DNA of 48,368 nt from Octopus bimaculoides. Its lineage: Eukaryota. The DNA is taken from positions 18,302,749 to 18,351,116 of the forward strand of contig NC_068994.1 of NCBI RefSeq assembly GCF_001194135.2, in the 5' to 3' direction. Shown here one piece after another: positions 26,420 to 39,022 of the stretch (within the stretch, counting starts at the first letter, position 1; each line of letters opens with the position of its first letter). The notes beneath the pieces were generated by a model. That model did no database searches. It had not been told where the DNA came from and worked only from the letters and a program-made list of their open reading frames with translations. The position numbers and the translations under genes were made by a program.

Positions 26420-27110
26420 TTTATTTTACTTGTTTCAGTCACTGGATTGTGGTCATGCTGGGGCACCATCTTGACGGGTTTTCGTCAAAGAAATCAACAC
26501 TGGTATTTATTTTTTTACTTTGAAGTCTTGTTCTTATTCTTTTGGTCTCTTTTGCAGAACCACAAAGTCATAGGGATGTAATGAAACCAACACTGGTTGT
26601 CAAGTACTAGTGGAGGGACACAAACACAAGCACAAAGACACACATACACATATATACACATACACACAGTTACATACATGTGCACAGACACACACGCACA
26701 TGCACAAACACACACGCTTATATATGACAGGCTTCCACACAGTTTCTTATTTCTTTATTGCCCACAAGGGGCTAAACATAGATGGTCAAACAAGGACAAA
26801 CAAAGGGACTAAGTCAATTACATCGACCACAGTGCGTAACTGGTACTTAATTAAACGACCCCGAAAGGATGAAAGGCAAAGTCGACCTCGGTGGAATTTG
26901 AACTCAGAACGTAACAGCAGACAAAATACTGCTAAGCATTTCACCCGACGTGCTATCGATTCTGCCAGCTCGCCGCTTCCACACAGTTTCTGTTCACCAA
27001 ATTCACTCACAAGGTGTTGGGTTGGCTCAGGATTATAGTAGAAGGCACTTGCCCAAGGTGCAGCATGGTGGAACTGAACTTGAAATGACCTGGTTGCAAA
27101 GCCACTTAGC
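26420..27110 (-). mobile_element. SINE family A copy interrupted by a family B SINE (26748-26978)
   Basis: Duplication gcttccacacagtttct at 26731-26747 and 26975-26991 flanks the B copy. Confidence 0.85.
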
Positions 27111-27242
27111 CATGCCACATGATAAAAAAACAGAAAAGGAAAAAAAATGTTTCTGCATGTGTATGTTTGCACACAGACACTATTAAATGCTTGAACACTA
27201 AAATGGAACAATAAAAGTCCAGCAGAAAATAAGTAGCTCACT

Positions 27243-27278
<36 letters not shown>

Positions 27279-29120
27279 GGTACGCAAATAGTTTAGAAAA
27301 CAAGCAGGATGGTAGTGATGGTGGTGGTGGTGGCAATGGTGCAATCAGTCACCACTTATCTCTAATCTCAGCTCAGAAGTGGATAGAGGCAGCAAGTGGG
27401 TCAGACCCACCAACTGTAGAGACAGGGTAAGGTAATTTAATCTAGAAATGAAACTGGAACCTCTTTCTCCAAATCCACATAGGCAACTATGAAGTGGTGG
27501 AAGGGTGCATAAATAACCAGTTAATCTGGATGCTGGAGGGAATTAATTTCTTTTTATCACTGAGGAGACATTTTTCTTTGTGTGTATGTGTATGTATATA
27601 TACATGTATACACACATTCATATATATAAATATATATACATACATACATACACATACAATATAAATGTTCGTGCGCACGCACGTGTGTGTGTGTNNNNNN
27701 NNNNNNNNNNNNNNNNNNNNNNNNNNNNNNNNNNNNNNNNNNNNNNNNNNNNNNNNNNNNNNNNNNNNNNNNNNNNNNNNNNNNNNNNNNNNNNNNNNNN
27801 NNNNNNNNNNNNNNNNNNNNNNNNNNNNNNNNNNNNNNNNNNNNNNNNNNNNNNNNNNNNNNNNNNNNNNNNNNNNNNNNNNNNNNNNNNNNNNNNNNNN
27901 NNNNNNNNNNNNNNNNNNNNNNNNNNNNNNNNNNNNNNNNNNNNNNNNNNNNNNNNNNNNNNNNNNNNNNNNNNNNNNNNNNNNNNNNNNNNNNNNNNNN
28001 NNNNNNNNNNNNNNNNNNNNNNNNNNNNNNNNNNNNNNNNNNNNNNNNNNNNNNNNNNNNNNNNNNNNNNNNNNNNNNNNNNNNNNNNNNNNNNNNNNNN
28101 NNNNNNNNNNNNNNNNNNNNNNNNNNNNNNNNNNNNNNNNNNNNNNNNNNNNNNNNNNNNNNNNNNNNNNNNNNNNNNNNNNNNNNNNNNNNNNNNNNNN
28201 NNNNNNNNNNNATATAAACTTTTGCTGGAAAAAGCAATGACAGCACCCATAGAATGGAAGGGATTCAATCTCATTTCAAAGGAAAATTTGCTTCTGATTC
28301 AGAAAAACAACATTTGAAGAACAGGGGACTGAAACTCCTGGCAGTTTGCTGTGTGCTTGAGAAAACATGCCAAGCCAAATAATAGAGTGGTTGTCCTTGC
28401 ATACAGGCTTGTCTCCTGCATCCCTCTCCAGCTGAGCATTCCTAATCTTGTGGGCTCATGGGTATTGGTGCCATGTAAAAAGCACCCATACTGGTGCCAT
28501 GTAAATGCACCTGTGCTGGTTCTGTGTAGAAGCACTCAGTACACTCTCTGTAAAGTGGTTGGTGTTAAGAAGAGAATCTAGCTATAGAAAACCATGCCAA
28601 AACAGACATGAGGCCTGGTCTGCCGTCAAATCATCCAACACATGCCAGCATGGAAAATGGATGTTAAATTATGATGATAATGATGATGATGTCATAAATT
28701 AATTCTGCCTAATCAGTTCATCTTGGTGTTCAGTCACTGAATAGAAGATGCAATAATAACAATAATAATGGTACAAGGCCAACAATTGACCTCAGTATCT
28801 GACTGGTACTTCAATTATTGACCCTGAAAGCATCAAAGGCAAAATTGACCTCAGTGGAATTTGAACTCAGAAACTGGAAGAAATGCTGCTAAGCATTTTG
28901 TCCAACACACTAACAATTCTGACAGCTGGCCACCTTCATAATGATAATAATAGTCGATTATATTGATCCCAGTGTTTCACTGGTACTTAATTTATTGACT
29001 TCAAAAGGATGAAAGGCAAAGTTGACCTTAGTGGAATTTGAACTCAAAATGTAAGGACAGATGAAATGCTGCTAAGCATTTTGCCTGGCATGCTAACAAT
29101 TCTGCCAGGTTGCTACCTTA

Positions 29121-29180
<60 letters not shown>

Positions 29181-29905
29181 GTTTCTCTTGGCCTAGAAAT
29201 ATTGGGTTGGCATCTGGCAGAGGATAAACCTTGATCAACAGAGTTTTGAGAGATGGTGTCTTGATAAAAAACGCCAGTAATTGCACAACCGTAATATATG
29301 CAGCAACCTAAACAAAAGAGTGTAATGCAAAATGAAAACTTTTCAAATAATGGCAAAGATAATATGGGAACCAACAGTTAAGGTGTACCACTTGACAAGA
29401 ACGGTACATTATGGTCATCATCCTGCAAATGCCAAAGTAAATGAAAGAACATACTGGACAAAAGGACTAAAACAACTGGTGATGACATGTTACATTCTGA
29501 GGAATCTGACAACGGGAGGTTTCAAGAAAAGAAAGTATCCAGAATGACATCAGAATCTTTGAATTATCTGAATGAAAGCTAGCAGGACAAGTAATGGTAA
29601 TAAAGCAGAATAGATGGCTTTTTGAAATAGAAATTGAAATAATCAGGAGAGAAATAGGCAGTGAAAATGACATTATCTCTGGTGAATCAGAAGATAATTC
29701 CAACAGTATAGGACAAACTATAGAAGTAGAACAAACTTGTGAGTAGAGTGGATGAAACAGAACAAATCAATAAAATATATGAAATGTCGAAGAGAAGGAA
29801 ATCCAGTTAATGGAGAAAATTGTGAACAAGATGCAAATCAGAACTCAAAATAATCCTCCTAACTTAAGACAGAATGAAGGTGAAAGAGAAAGTTAAATAG
29901 ATGAA
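29181..29905 (+). mobile_element. R4/Dong-clade LINE 5' fragment adjacent to a (TAA)n tract (3' boundary approximate)
   Basis: Translation YWTKGLKQLVMTCYILRNLTTGGFKKR ... FELSE*KLAGQVMVIKQNRWLFEIEIEIIRREI resembles the N-terminal W-T-K...VMxCY / SEQRLADQ..I..N.W..E.E.E motif as recalled for R4/Dong ORFs. Starts immediately after (TAA)n ending at 29180. Confidence 0.65.
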
Positions 29906-30707
29906 ATCATTTATTATATACATGTTCAAGGCCTTCAAAGTACCAACAACCTAAGGAGAGTAATTGCTCATCTACCTGACTAAGGGGAAAAAAATAATAA
30001 ATACTGGGGTTGATTTGATCCACTTAAATTATCCAAGGTGGTGCCCCAGCATGACCATAGCACAATGGTAGGAACAGGTAAAAGAATAAAGGAATGAAAG
30101 AATAGAAAAATACATTATAAGAGAGAATTGGTGAAGAAGAGGAATGTAAAGTTGAAGAGGGAAGAAATAAGAGGAAGGTATATATATATATATATATATA
30201 TATAAATATTCATTGATAAAAGAAAAAGCAAAACATTTAACTGAGAATGGGGGCAAAGTAGAAAACCACAAACTACTATAATACTAAAGTTGTTAAGTAG
30301 TAAAGAGCATGAAATGGAATCCTAGTGTTGCATATGCCATGTTTTCTGACAAGAATATAAATAGCAGAAGGTTTCTATGTTGATAGAGAATGAAGAAATG
30401 TTAACTATAGGAGCAAAGTAGTGGAATGACAAAATTAGTACAACAGTAATCACGACACCAGTTGGTTAGTACAACTGCAGCCGTAACACTAATTGTTTAT
30501 TATAGTAATGACTTCTTATGCTGGCACAAGGCCAAACGTCTGCAGAGCCAAGAGACATAGTCAAATGGACTGATCCCTGAAAGATGAAAGGTAGCATCGA
30601 CTCCAATGTGTTTTGAACTCAGAATTTAGAAAGATTAAAATTAAAACTGCAAAGTATTCTGTCTGGTACTATACAAGTTTAAGCTCTCCATTACAGCTTT
30701 TAGCTTT

Positions 30708-30927
30708 GTAACCCTTTTGATACCAACCTAACCTGAGACTAACCATAGTTCTAGGTTACAGTCTCCCTGTTTTAAATGAAAACACTTCCAATTAAAATTG
30801 TTAATTTATGTTCCAATCACCAGCTTAATAGCAACAAAGTTATTTTACTAAAATTCTTTGTCAATTTCAAAATTAATTGGAACAAAGGTAGCGTATTGTA
30901 ACAGAAATATGGTAACAATAGGGTTAA
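30708..30927. mobile_element. piggyBac-type MITE (cccttttgatacc family)
   Basis: gtaa-cccttttgatacc ... ggtaacaataggg-ttaa; the second copy at 13831-14394 carries an insertion. Confidence 0.7.
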
Positions 30928-33086
30928 ACAATGAAAGTTGTGATACCAGCTGATTGACAGAAGAGTTGTCACAACACTAATTGAGTCATATGACAATGGT
31001 CGTCATTTTCTTTTGTATATAACAATGATCTGTTGTTTTTCTCTTTTTCATGTCTTTTAGGTTTTCTGAAGCCAGTCCCTCATTTCTTTAGATATATTTT
31101 ATACCAGTGAACACTCATCTGCTTCTTTCCCCAGAAAATTTCTTTCCTTTTTTTTTATTCCCAAAACCCAAACATCATAAAACCTGCTTATACGAATGTA
31201 AATAGTTCTTTGTTAATTATAGTGAAAAGTTGTGCAATCTTTTTTTTCCTTCCAGATGCTGGTGGTACAGACCTTAGATACTGTTCTATTAATGGCTCCA
31301 CTGCTGGTGCCAATTCAGTTACCAAGGCATGCAATTTGATCAGGAGAAATATGGATACACCATCAAGCTGCTAAGTCTTCCACTAACCCTAATGATGAAC
31401 CCTGTGAGGTGCACTGCCTCCTACACATCTGCTGTACACCAAGCATGCTATTACATGTTGATGTAGATATATTTCAGTCATTGTTGTATCCACCACAAAA
31501 CATCTTCAACTTTACTGCATAAAAGACATCATCAGAGTGATTTATATGCATGTTCTTCAATGAGTACTTTGACCTAACATAGCAGTAAGGTCATGGTTAA
31601 ATGCTGAAATCAGTCAAGGAGAACCAATATGGAAAACATATAATTCAAGACAGAATCATGTAAAATGCTTTCTCGTACCCCTTAATTCCTCATTGGATGA
31701 AATATAATTTGTTTTAAAATAGTTTTTCATAGGCACAGGCATAGCTGTGTGGTAAGAAGTTTGCTTACCAGCCAAATGGTTCTGGGTTCACTTCCACTGC
31801 ATGGCATCATGGGCAAATGTCTTCTACTATAGCCTTGGGCTGACCAAAGCCTTGTGAGTGGATTTGGTAGACAGAAATTGAAAGAAACCTGTAGTATATG
31901 TGTGTGTGTGTGCATGCATTTGCCTCCCACCACCACTTGACAACCAGTGTTGGTTTGTTTACCTTCCTGTAATTTAGGAGTTTGGTGAAAAGAGGCTGAT
32001 AGAATAAGTACCAAGCTTAAAAAAAAAAGTACTGGGGTTGATTTATTCTTCAAGGCAGTGCCCCAGCTTGGCCATAGCCTAATGACTATAGCAGATAAAA
32101 GATGAAAGATATACCTAATATATCCATATATAACTTACTTAAAGTGGATACACTGAAGAAAGGGTGGAAACTGCAGGATTTGTCTCAAGAAAGCATCTTG
32201 TATAGACAAAATGCTTTTTGTGCTACAAAGCACAGAAGTATATCAGTAGCAGATGACAAGAGTCTAGTGGCAGTGGTTGAATTGCTAAATCTAGATTTCT
32301 GCTTCTCTGAGTGTCATCAGTAGCAGGCATCCTCTAGCAACTGCATGCCTCAACTGATATATAGAAAAAACAGTGATTAACAAATCATTAGTGTCACAAA
32401 TACTTAACAGGCTAGATAAAAATTCACTTGTAGTGTGGTTTTCTAGTTTTCCATGTTAATTAAGATACACAGAATGCTATTTTGAACCAATACTGCTTCC
32501 ATCACCCATAACAAATAATTAGTTTTGATTTTGTATTTCAATTTTTCAAAAAGAAAAGCAAAGTTAAGATCATTTCTTTTTTTTTCTTCTTCAAATTGTT
32601 TCCTGTGCACACTAAGAAATATTGGCTTCAAATTTTGGCACAAGGCCAGCAATTTTGAGGGAAGGGTAAACTGATTATATCAACCCCGAAAGGATGAAAG
32701 GCAAAGATGACCTCAGTGGAATTTGAACACAGAACATAAAGATGGACGAAATGCTGCTGAGCATTTTGCCTGGCGTGCTAACGATTCTGCCAGCTTGCTG
32801 CCTTTGTGCACACTAAGAAAGATTACTGGCATAGCTGTATGACTAAGAAGGTCACTTTTTAACCACATGCTTCTATGTTCAGTCCCACTGTGTGACCCTG
32901 AACAAGGATCATCTACTATATAAATGGGTTACTAGACATGTAGAAATACATATATATAAGAAAAAAAAAGAAAAATTATAGAAGCAGCAGAAACTTTTTA
33001 CAATATATTAAGCCTTTAAAAATTAGTAAATTGTACAAATGAATACAGATACATTACACAAAATATAAATAAATACAAACAGAAAT

Positions 33087-33460
33087 AGGCGCAGGAGTGG
33101 CTGTGTGGTAAGTAGCTTGCTTACCAACCACATGGTTCCAGGTTCAGTCCCACTATGTGGTACCTTGGGCAAGTGTCTTCTGCTATAGCCTCGGGCCGAC
33201 CAAAGCCTTGTGAGTGGATTTGGTAGACGGAAACTGAAAGAAGCCTGTCGTATATATGTATATGTATNNNNNNNNNNCCAACATTGCTTGGCAACTGATG
33301 GTGGTGTGTTTACGTCCCCGTAACTTAGTGGTTTGGCAAAAGAGACCGATAGAATAAGTACCAGGCTTACAAAGAATAAGTCCTGGGGTCGATTTGCTCG
33401 ACTAAAGGCGGTGCTCCAGCATGGCCGCAGTCAAATGACTGAAACAAGTAAAAGAGTAGA
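33087..33460 (+). mobile_element. tRNA-derived SINE family A, near full length
   Basis: Head ggagtggctgtgtggtaag...ggttcagtcc (A/B-box-like), CORE-like ccttgggcaagtgtc, internal TA/TG microsatellite (10-N gap), tail ...tgactgaaacaagtaaaagag. Confidence 0.85.
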
Positions 33461-34384
33461 AACAAACAAGAGTAACCCACTTTCATATGAGTGAGGAGCA
33501 GTCACCTAAGTTAGACCCTCAACATCTGCTCCTAGGATGTGAAACTGGAATTTCTAAAGGCACCTGTGAACACTTTTAATCTCAGCCAAGGCAAGAATTC
33601 TTCCACATCCTCTTAGGTAGCTGCACTTTAGCAGTCCATGGGCTGCTAGTGCTTTTCACCAGCAGTTTATTATTCAAGTGCTCCACAAAATCTGACCTAA
33701 TTTCTTCAATTAAGTAAATTGCTCTTTTCTTCTTCATTCAGGTCATTCAACAGAGATACAAGTTCTTTGCTGATGATTTGAAGAACTATGAATCTCATGC
33801 TATCTGTCCCAAGGGAGATGCACTCCTTTTCTGGTATCATGCTTTCTTTGACCTGAGCTTGCTTTTCTTCTCCACATGAACTGCCTCACCTACCCAGTGC
33901 TTTCCCTAGAGAGTTTGTCATGTTTCTCCAGTTGTTGTTAGCCTCACATCACTGCATGATGACAGGGTGGTGTTTTGAGTTATTGATGTATTATTTTTTA
34001 TCAGCTGGATGCTCTCCCAGTCATTAAACCTCACCAGTTTTTGGGAAGCGAACTTCTCAGTCATACTGCCATGTATGTGTCTCTATATATAATGGATCTT
34101 GGTCAGAATTTCTGACAAAGAGTGTTTGATTGTTAGATCAACGAACTACTAGGCTATTGAATAAGTGTGTAAGTGGCTCAATATTCCACTAAGTTTAGCA
34201 ATGGCATTCGAGGGCTTGTGATGTGAGAGAATTCTTGACAAACTAAATGGATTCTATGGATTTGAAATCAGAGGTTGGTTTTAATGAATTGAAAGTTTGT
34301 AGTCAACATTTATTTCTTAAGCCTGTCTTTATGTACATCTAAGACCCCCATACATTCTTCACATTCTCTTCATTTTATGGTTGG

Positions 34385-34428
<44 letters not shown>

Positions 34429-34704
34429 GTATATGTAAAAGTATGTGTATAACCAAGTTAGTGTTTATGTGCATATATAATATCCGAATGACCTCCATAA
34501 TTGAACCAAAACAGTCTTGTTCTAACTCTGCTTATCTTCTGAGGTAGTGGAGGGATGATGGTGTTCATATATGAATTTGGCTGTGACCATTAACATCTTT
34601 ATCAGTACCACATGTCAGCTCTTTGACTACTGGCAGCAGTTAGTAGTTAAGATTTCTTCTGGAGGAAGAGTCAGTGTAGTGTGTGTTTGTATGTATATAC
34701 AGAC

Positions 34705-34749
<45 letters not shown>

Positions 34750-35767
34750 ATAGATGGTCTCTATAGCATTTTCATCCAGACATGTTTATGAAATGCTTCT
34801 TTATCCTCCCTACTATGTACTTATGTCTGTCTGAGCTTCTGTCACTAAATTAACCAGCTGTTGGGCAAGTTCAATTTTCAGTGCTCCCATAGTTTGTATG
34901 AAAGTTATGTGTGTAGAAGAGAGAAAGAAGGAAAAGAACAAGAAATGCAGAGATGAGAGAGAAAGAGAGTGAATTTGATCAACCTTTATGCTAATCTCTA
35001 AATAAAAAGATGGTCAGTTCAATCCCAGTTCCATTTAAAGAATACCTCTTCTACTTTCAGATAGGCTTCATATCTTCTCTAAATCTTGCAAACCAATAAC
35101 AAACTTAATTTAACATTTTTTTATCGCTGGAGCCAGCAGGATGTTTTTGAAGATCCCATTATATATAGGCATGGTTGTGTCATTAAGAAGTTCTCTTTAC
35201 AACTAAAGGATTCCAGGCTCAACCTCACTGTGCATCTTGGGCAAATGTCTTTTAATATAATCTCTGGTTGATCTGTACTCTGTAAATAGAATTTGGTGGG
35301 TAGAAACTACGTAGATATGTGTATGTGTTTATGCTTACATGGGTTTAATGAAAAAACAAAAAGAAAAAAAATGAAATTTATTTTGTGTCCCTTATGTCTT
35401 AAGTGGTTTGGCAAATAGAGATTGATAAAAATAAGTATCGGACTGAAATAAGTACTAGGGTCAATATCAATGGCTAAGCTGAGACAAGTAAAAAAAATAG
35501 AGCTATGTATGTATAAATGAGGCAGTCTCAACAAAAATAGCAGCAAAGAGGCAGTAGTCATATTTTTGATGTTTCTCCATGGCAAAAAACTGGAATGTGT
35601 ATCACAAACACCTGTTTCTTTTATCATCAAACAATCAAATGTGTATTGCAAATATTTGTCACTCAGCAACCAAACATTAGTGACACCGTGTCTTCCAGTT
35701 TTGGAATTACTGAAACCACCAACTAACACCAAATGAGATATGAAAGCCACTTCGCTATTGTTTGACT

Positions 35768-35800
<33 letters not shown>

Positions 35801-36094
35801 GTATATATATATATACATACACACACACATTCATACATATATACACACACACACACACACGCGCACATATATATATATATATATATAAGGTTGAGGAGGG
35901 TATTGGATTTAACTGAACCCAAGAGGATACAAGTAATACCGAGTAAGTGCTGTATACCAACTAGTTTGCCCCAGTCGTTGTATGAACAGGATTGGGTATT
36001 ATAAGTCGTGTATTAGCGTGTGTATATGCAAATATATAAAAGCAAAAAGATAAAGAGAGCAAAGGTAAGGTTGGAAAAGTATTTTATGGATAGA

Positions 36095-36143
36095 GTCTTA
36101 CAGCTGTTTCTGGGAAGATCCAGTACTTCCCTTCATCGGAGAC
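36095..36143 (-). ncRNA. Mirror copy of the hammerhead-like motif in the left arm of the foldback (sense to neur)
   Basis: Exact reverse complement of 36312-36360. Confidence 0.65.
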
Positions 36144-36311
36144 AGAAAAAATAAAGTAATCTATTATTATATCCATAGGCGGATATTTTTAGTATGAAGT
36201 GGTAAAGAGTGTGATGTGCTGAAAAAAGAGAGAACAGTACTTGAAGTGTAGTTTCATTCCAGTGGTAAATATCCGCCTATGGATATAATAATAGATTACT
36301 TTATTTTTTCT

Positions 36312-36360
36312 GTCTCCGATGAAGGGAAGTACTGGATCTTCCCAGAAACAGCTGTAAGAC
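36312..36360 (+). ncRNA. Minimal type I hammerhead-like motif (U4C variant), right arm of foldback
   Basis: GUCU-CCGAUGA-A GGGAAG uacuggau CUUCCC A-GAAA-C AGCU G-UA-AGAC. 4-bp stem I, 6-bp stem II, palindromic AGCU loop III, GUA site. Confidence 0.65.
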
Positions 36361-36424
36361 TCTATCCATAAAATACTTTTCCAACCTTACCTTTGCTCTC
36401 TTTATCTTTTTGTTTTTATATATT

Positions 36425-36499
<75 letters not shown>

Positions 36500-36520
36500 T
36501 CATACATATATATACATACA

Positions 36521-37092
36521 ACATCATCATCATTGTTGTTTAACATCTGCTGCACCAGGCTCCAATCTGGTTTGGGAAGATTTCTACAGCTGGATGCCCT
36601 TCCTAACACCAATCACTCTGAGAGTGTAGTGGGTGCTTTTTACGTGCCACCGGCATGGGTGCCAGTCAGGTGGCACTGACATCGGCCACGATTATGATTT
36701 CACTCGGTTCAATAGGTCTTCATAAGCACAGAATATTACCTGACAACTGAAGGCACTTTTAAAAGGACCAGTTATGCTACACTGGCATCGACCATGGCTA
36801 TGATCTCACTTGGTTTTCCCCGTCTTCTTAAGCACAGCATGTCTCCAAAGGTCTTGGTCGCTTGTCATTGCCTCTGTGAGGCCTAATGTTCAAAGGTTGT
36901 GCTTCACCGCCTCATCCCATGTCTTCCTGGGTCTACCTCTTCCACAGGTTCCCTCCACTGTCAGGGTGTGACACTTCTTCACACAGCTGTCCTCTTCCAT
37001 ATGCATCACATCACCATACCAGTGCAGTCGTCTCTCTTGCACACCACATCTGATGCTTCTTATATCCAACTTTTCTCTCAGGGCGCTTACAC
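36521..37092 (-). mobile_element. RTE-clade LINE 3' fragment (RT C-terminus, 3' UTR, (ATG/ACA)n tail), 5'-truncated
   Basis: LREKLDIRSIRCGVQERRLHWYGDVMHMEEDSCVKKC...VEGTCGRGRPRKTWDEAVK matches the RTE RWxGHVxRM...GRPRKTW pattern. The 3' UTR has an imperfect ~60-bp internal duplication (~36673-36733 / ~36780-36840) and a trinucleotide tail. Confidence 0.9.
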
Positions 37093-38343
37093 CCTGGTGG
37101 CACAAGTAAAACATTTTTTTAATTGTTTCTCTCCAAGGTAAGGTAACAATGAAGAATTGCAGTTGTTGTACCACTGTCTGGTTTTGCTGTCACCATTCTC
37201 CAAGGAGGATGAACAGCTCATTCTGCTTTGAACTTATGACTAAACCTGGTCACAAATGACAGTCCAATTTGTAACATAAGCAAGGGTTCAGGTTCACCAG
37301 AAGGGTTGTGTCAATACTACCTTATCATTTGGGATGAATGCAGCATGTCACATAGAGGTGCAATGGAAGCTCTTGGTAAGACCTTACAGGACATCAGAGG
37401 CAACAATAAATTTATGGGAGGAGTTACATTAGTTTTATCAGGAGACTTCAGACAGACATTACCAGTCATTCCGAGATGAACCAGATCTGATGAAATAAAT
37501 GCATGCATTAAGTTTTCGCACCTATAGAATAAAATACTGAAATTCTTCTTCAATACTAATGTGTGAACTGTATTACATGGGGACCAATTTGCAAAACAGT
37601 TTTCAACCTGGCTCCTCCAATTAGGAAATGGGAAAGTACCATTTGATGGGAATGGTGATATCAGTTTGCTATCATGGTGAATTCCCCAGCTGAATTGAAG
37701 AACAGGGTATTGCCAGACTTAAGTAATAATTATAATTCACATAAATGGTTGTGTGAAAAGGCAATTCTTGCTCCAAAAAATGAAACAGTAGCAAGAATTA
37801 ACCATGAATTAATGAATAAGATTCCAACAGTCATTAGGAAGTACAAATCAGTTGATTCAGTCCTTGATGAAAATCAAGCTGTCCATTACCCAAAAGAGTT
37901 CCTTAATACTTTTGAGCCACCTGGAATTCCTCCACATAAACTTTTTCTGAAGGTAGGAGTCCCAGTAATGCTTCTAAGAAATTTAGATCCTTCTAATTTA
38001 GAATGCAACGGGACAAGGTTGTTTGTGAAGACATTACCACCTAATGTGACAGAAGCTACTATCATCAGTGGATGTGCTTCTGGGGAAGCGGCTTTCATTC
38101 TAAGAATTCCAATCAAACCAACAGACATGCCATTTGAGTTCAAAGGAACACAATTCCCTGTGCGACTTTGCTTTGCAATGTCTATTAACAAAGCTCAAGG
38201 TCAGTCTTTGAAATCTACTGGCTTCCTTTTCTCATGGTCAGCTTTATGTTGGTTGCTCCAGGGTAGGTAGTTTGCAAGACTTATTTGTCTATGCTCCAAA
38301 CCAGAAAACAAAGAATGTTGTTTACCCAGAAGCTCTTATGTAA
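37093..38343 (+). pseudogene. Helitron PIF1-family helicase fragment with stops and frameshifts
   Basis: Motifs in order: PGGTSKTF (Walker A, from PGGTGKT), GG*TAHS, LIIWDECSM (Walker B), LSGDFRQTLPVIP, AILAPKN, GIPPHKLFLKVGVPVMLLRNL, CNGTRL, FPVRLCFAMSINKAQGQSL, terminal KNVVYPEAL. No Rep domain or 3' hairpin/CTAG was found. Confidence 0.95.
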
Positions 38344-38574
38344 TTTCCTTCAACATATGTGGAAGAACTTATCTCCTTTCTTAAAAGTGGCAAATGTATT
38401 TTCGCTTATTATTATTATTATTACTATTTTGTATTATGAATTCAGAATTGATTTCCCAATTAAAGAATCAATTGTATCCCAATTGAAAAATAAATTGAAT
38501 TTAGAATAACAAATTTCTATACAACATATTTTGCTTTTTTCTTCCAATATATAAGGAAAAATTGTGTGTGTGTA

Positions 38575-38617
<43 letters not shown>

Positions 38618-38626
38618 ATACACAAG

Positions 38627-39022
38627 TGAAGGAGTGGCTGTGTGGTGAGAAGTTTGCTTACCAACCACATGATTCTGGGTTCAGTCCCACTGCGTGGCAC
38701 CTTGAGCAAGTGTCTTCTACTATAGCCTCGGGCCGCCCAAAGCCTTGGGAGTGGATTTGGTAGATGGAAACTAAAAGAAGCCCGTTGTATGTAAATATAT
38801 ATATATGTGTGTGTGTGTGTGTGTTTTGTTCCCTCACTATCACTTGACAACTGATGTTCGTGTGTTTACGTTCCTGTAACTTAGCTGTTTGGCAAAAGAG
38901 ACTGATAGAATAAGTACTAGGCTTACAAAGAATAAGTCCTGGGGTCAATTTGTTCAATTAAAGGTGGTGCTTCAGCATGGCCACATTCAAATGACTGAAA
39001 TAGGTAAAAGAATAAAAGAATA
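38627..39022 (+). mobile_element. SINE family A, ~240 bp from the neur exon donor
   Basis: Full head-core-microsatellite-tail organisation. Confidence 0.85.

Larger units (their letters stand above)
36023..36432. mobile_element. Foldback element with 166-bp inverted arms (36023-36188 / 36267-36432) and 78-bp spacer, probably Penelope-like pLTR-derived
   Basis: Arms are identical at 164/166 positions by manual comparison, each carries a hammerhead motif, and the right end abuts a (TA)n tract. Confidence 0.85.

Noticed and set aside
31230-31560. Coding-looking unique stretch on the minus strand
   Set aside because: All frames are interrupted by stops and no family motif was recognised.
32148-32186. 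ctgaagaaagggtggaaactgcagga as a hammerhead
   Set aside because: No stem II, GG instead of GU at the cleavage site, and stem I does not pair.
33480-34100. Higher-GC unique stretch, possibly a decayed ORF
   Set aside because: Multiple stops in all frames; no assignable motif.
35895-35940. GYWI*LNPRGYK* as the C-terminus of a PLE GIY-YIG endonuclease next to the foldback
   Set aside because: Too short and interrupted, and its orientation relative to the hammerhead arms is not clearly consistent with a PLE.
37674-38270. 198-aa ORF as a host PIF1 helicase gene
   Set aside because: It is an intronless fragment embedded in stop- and frameshift-ridden Helitron helicase sequence; not a cellular gene.
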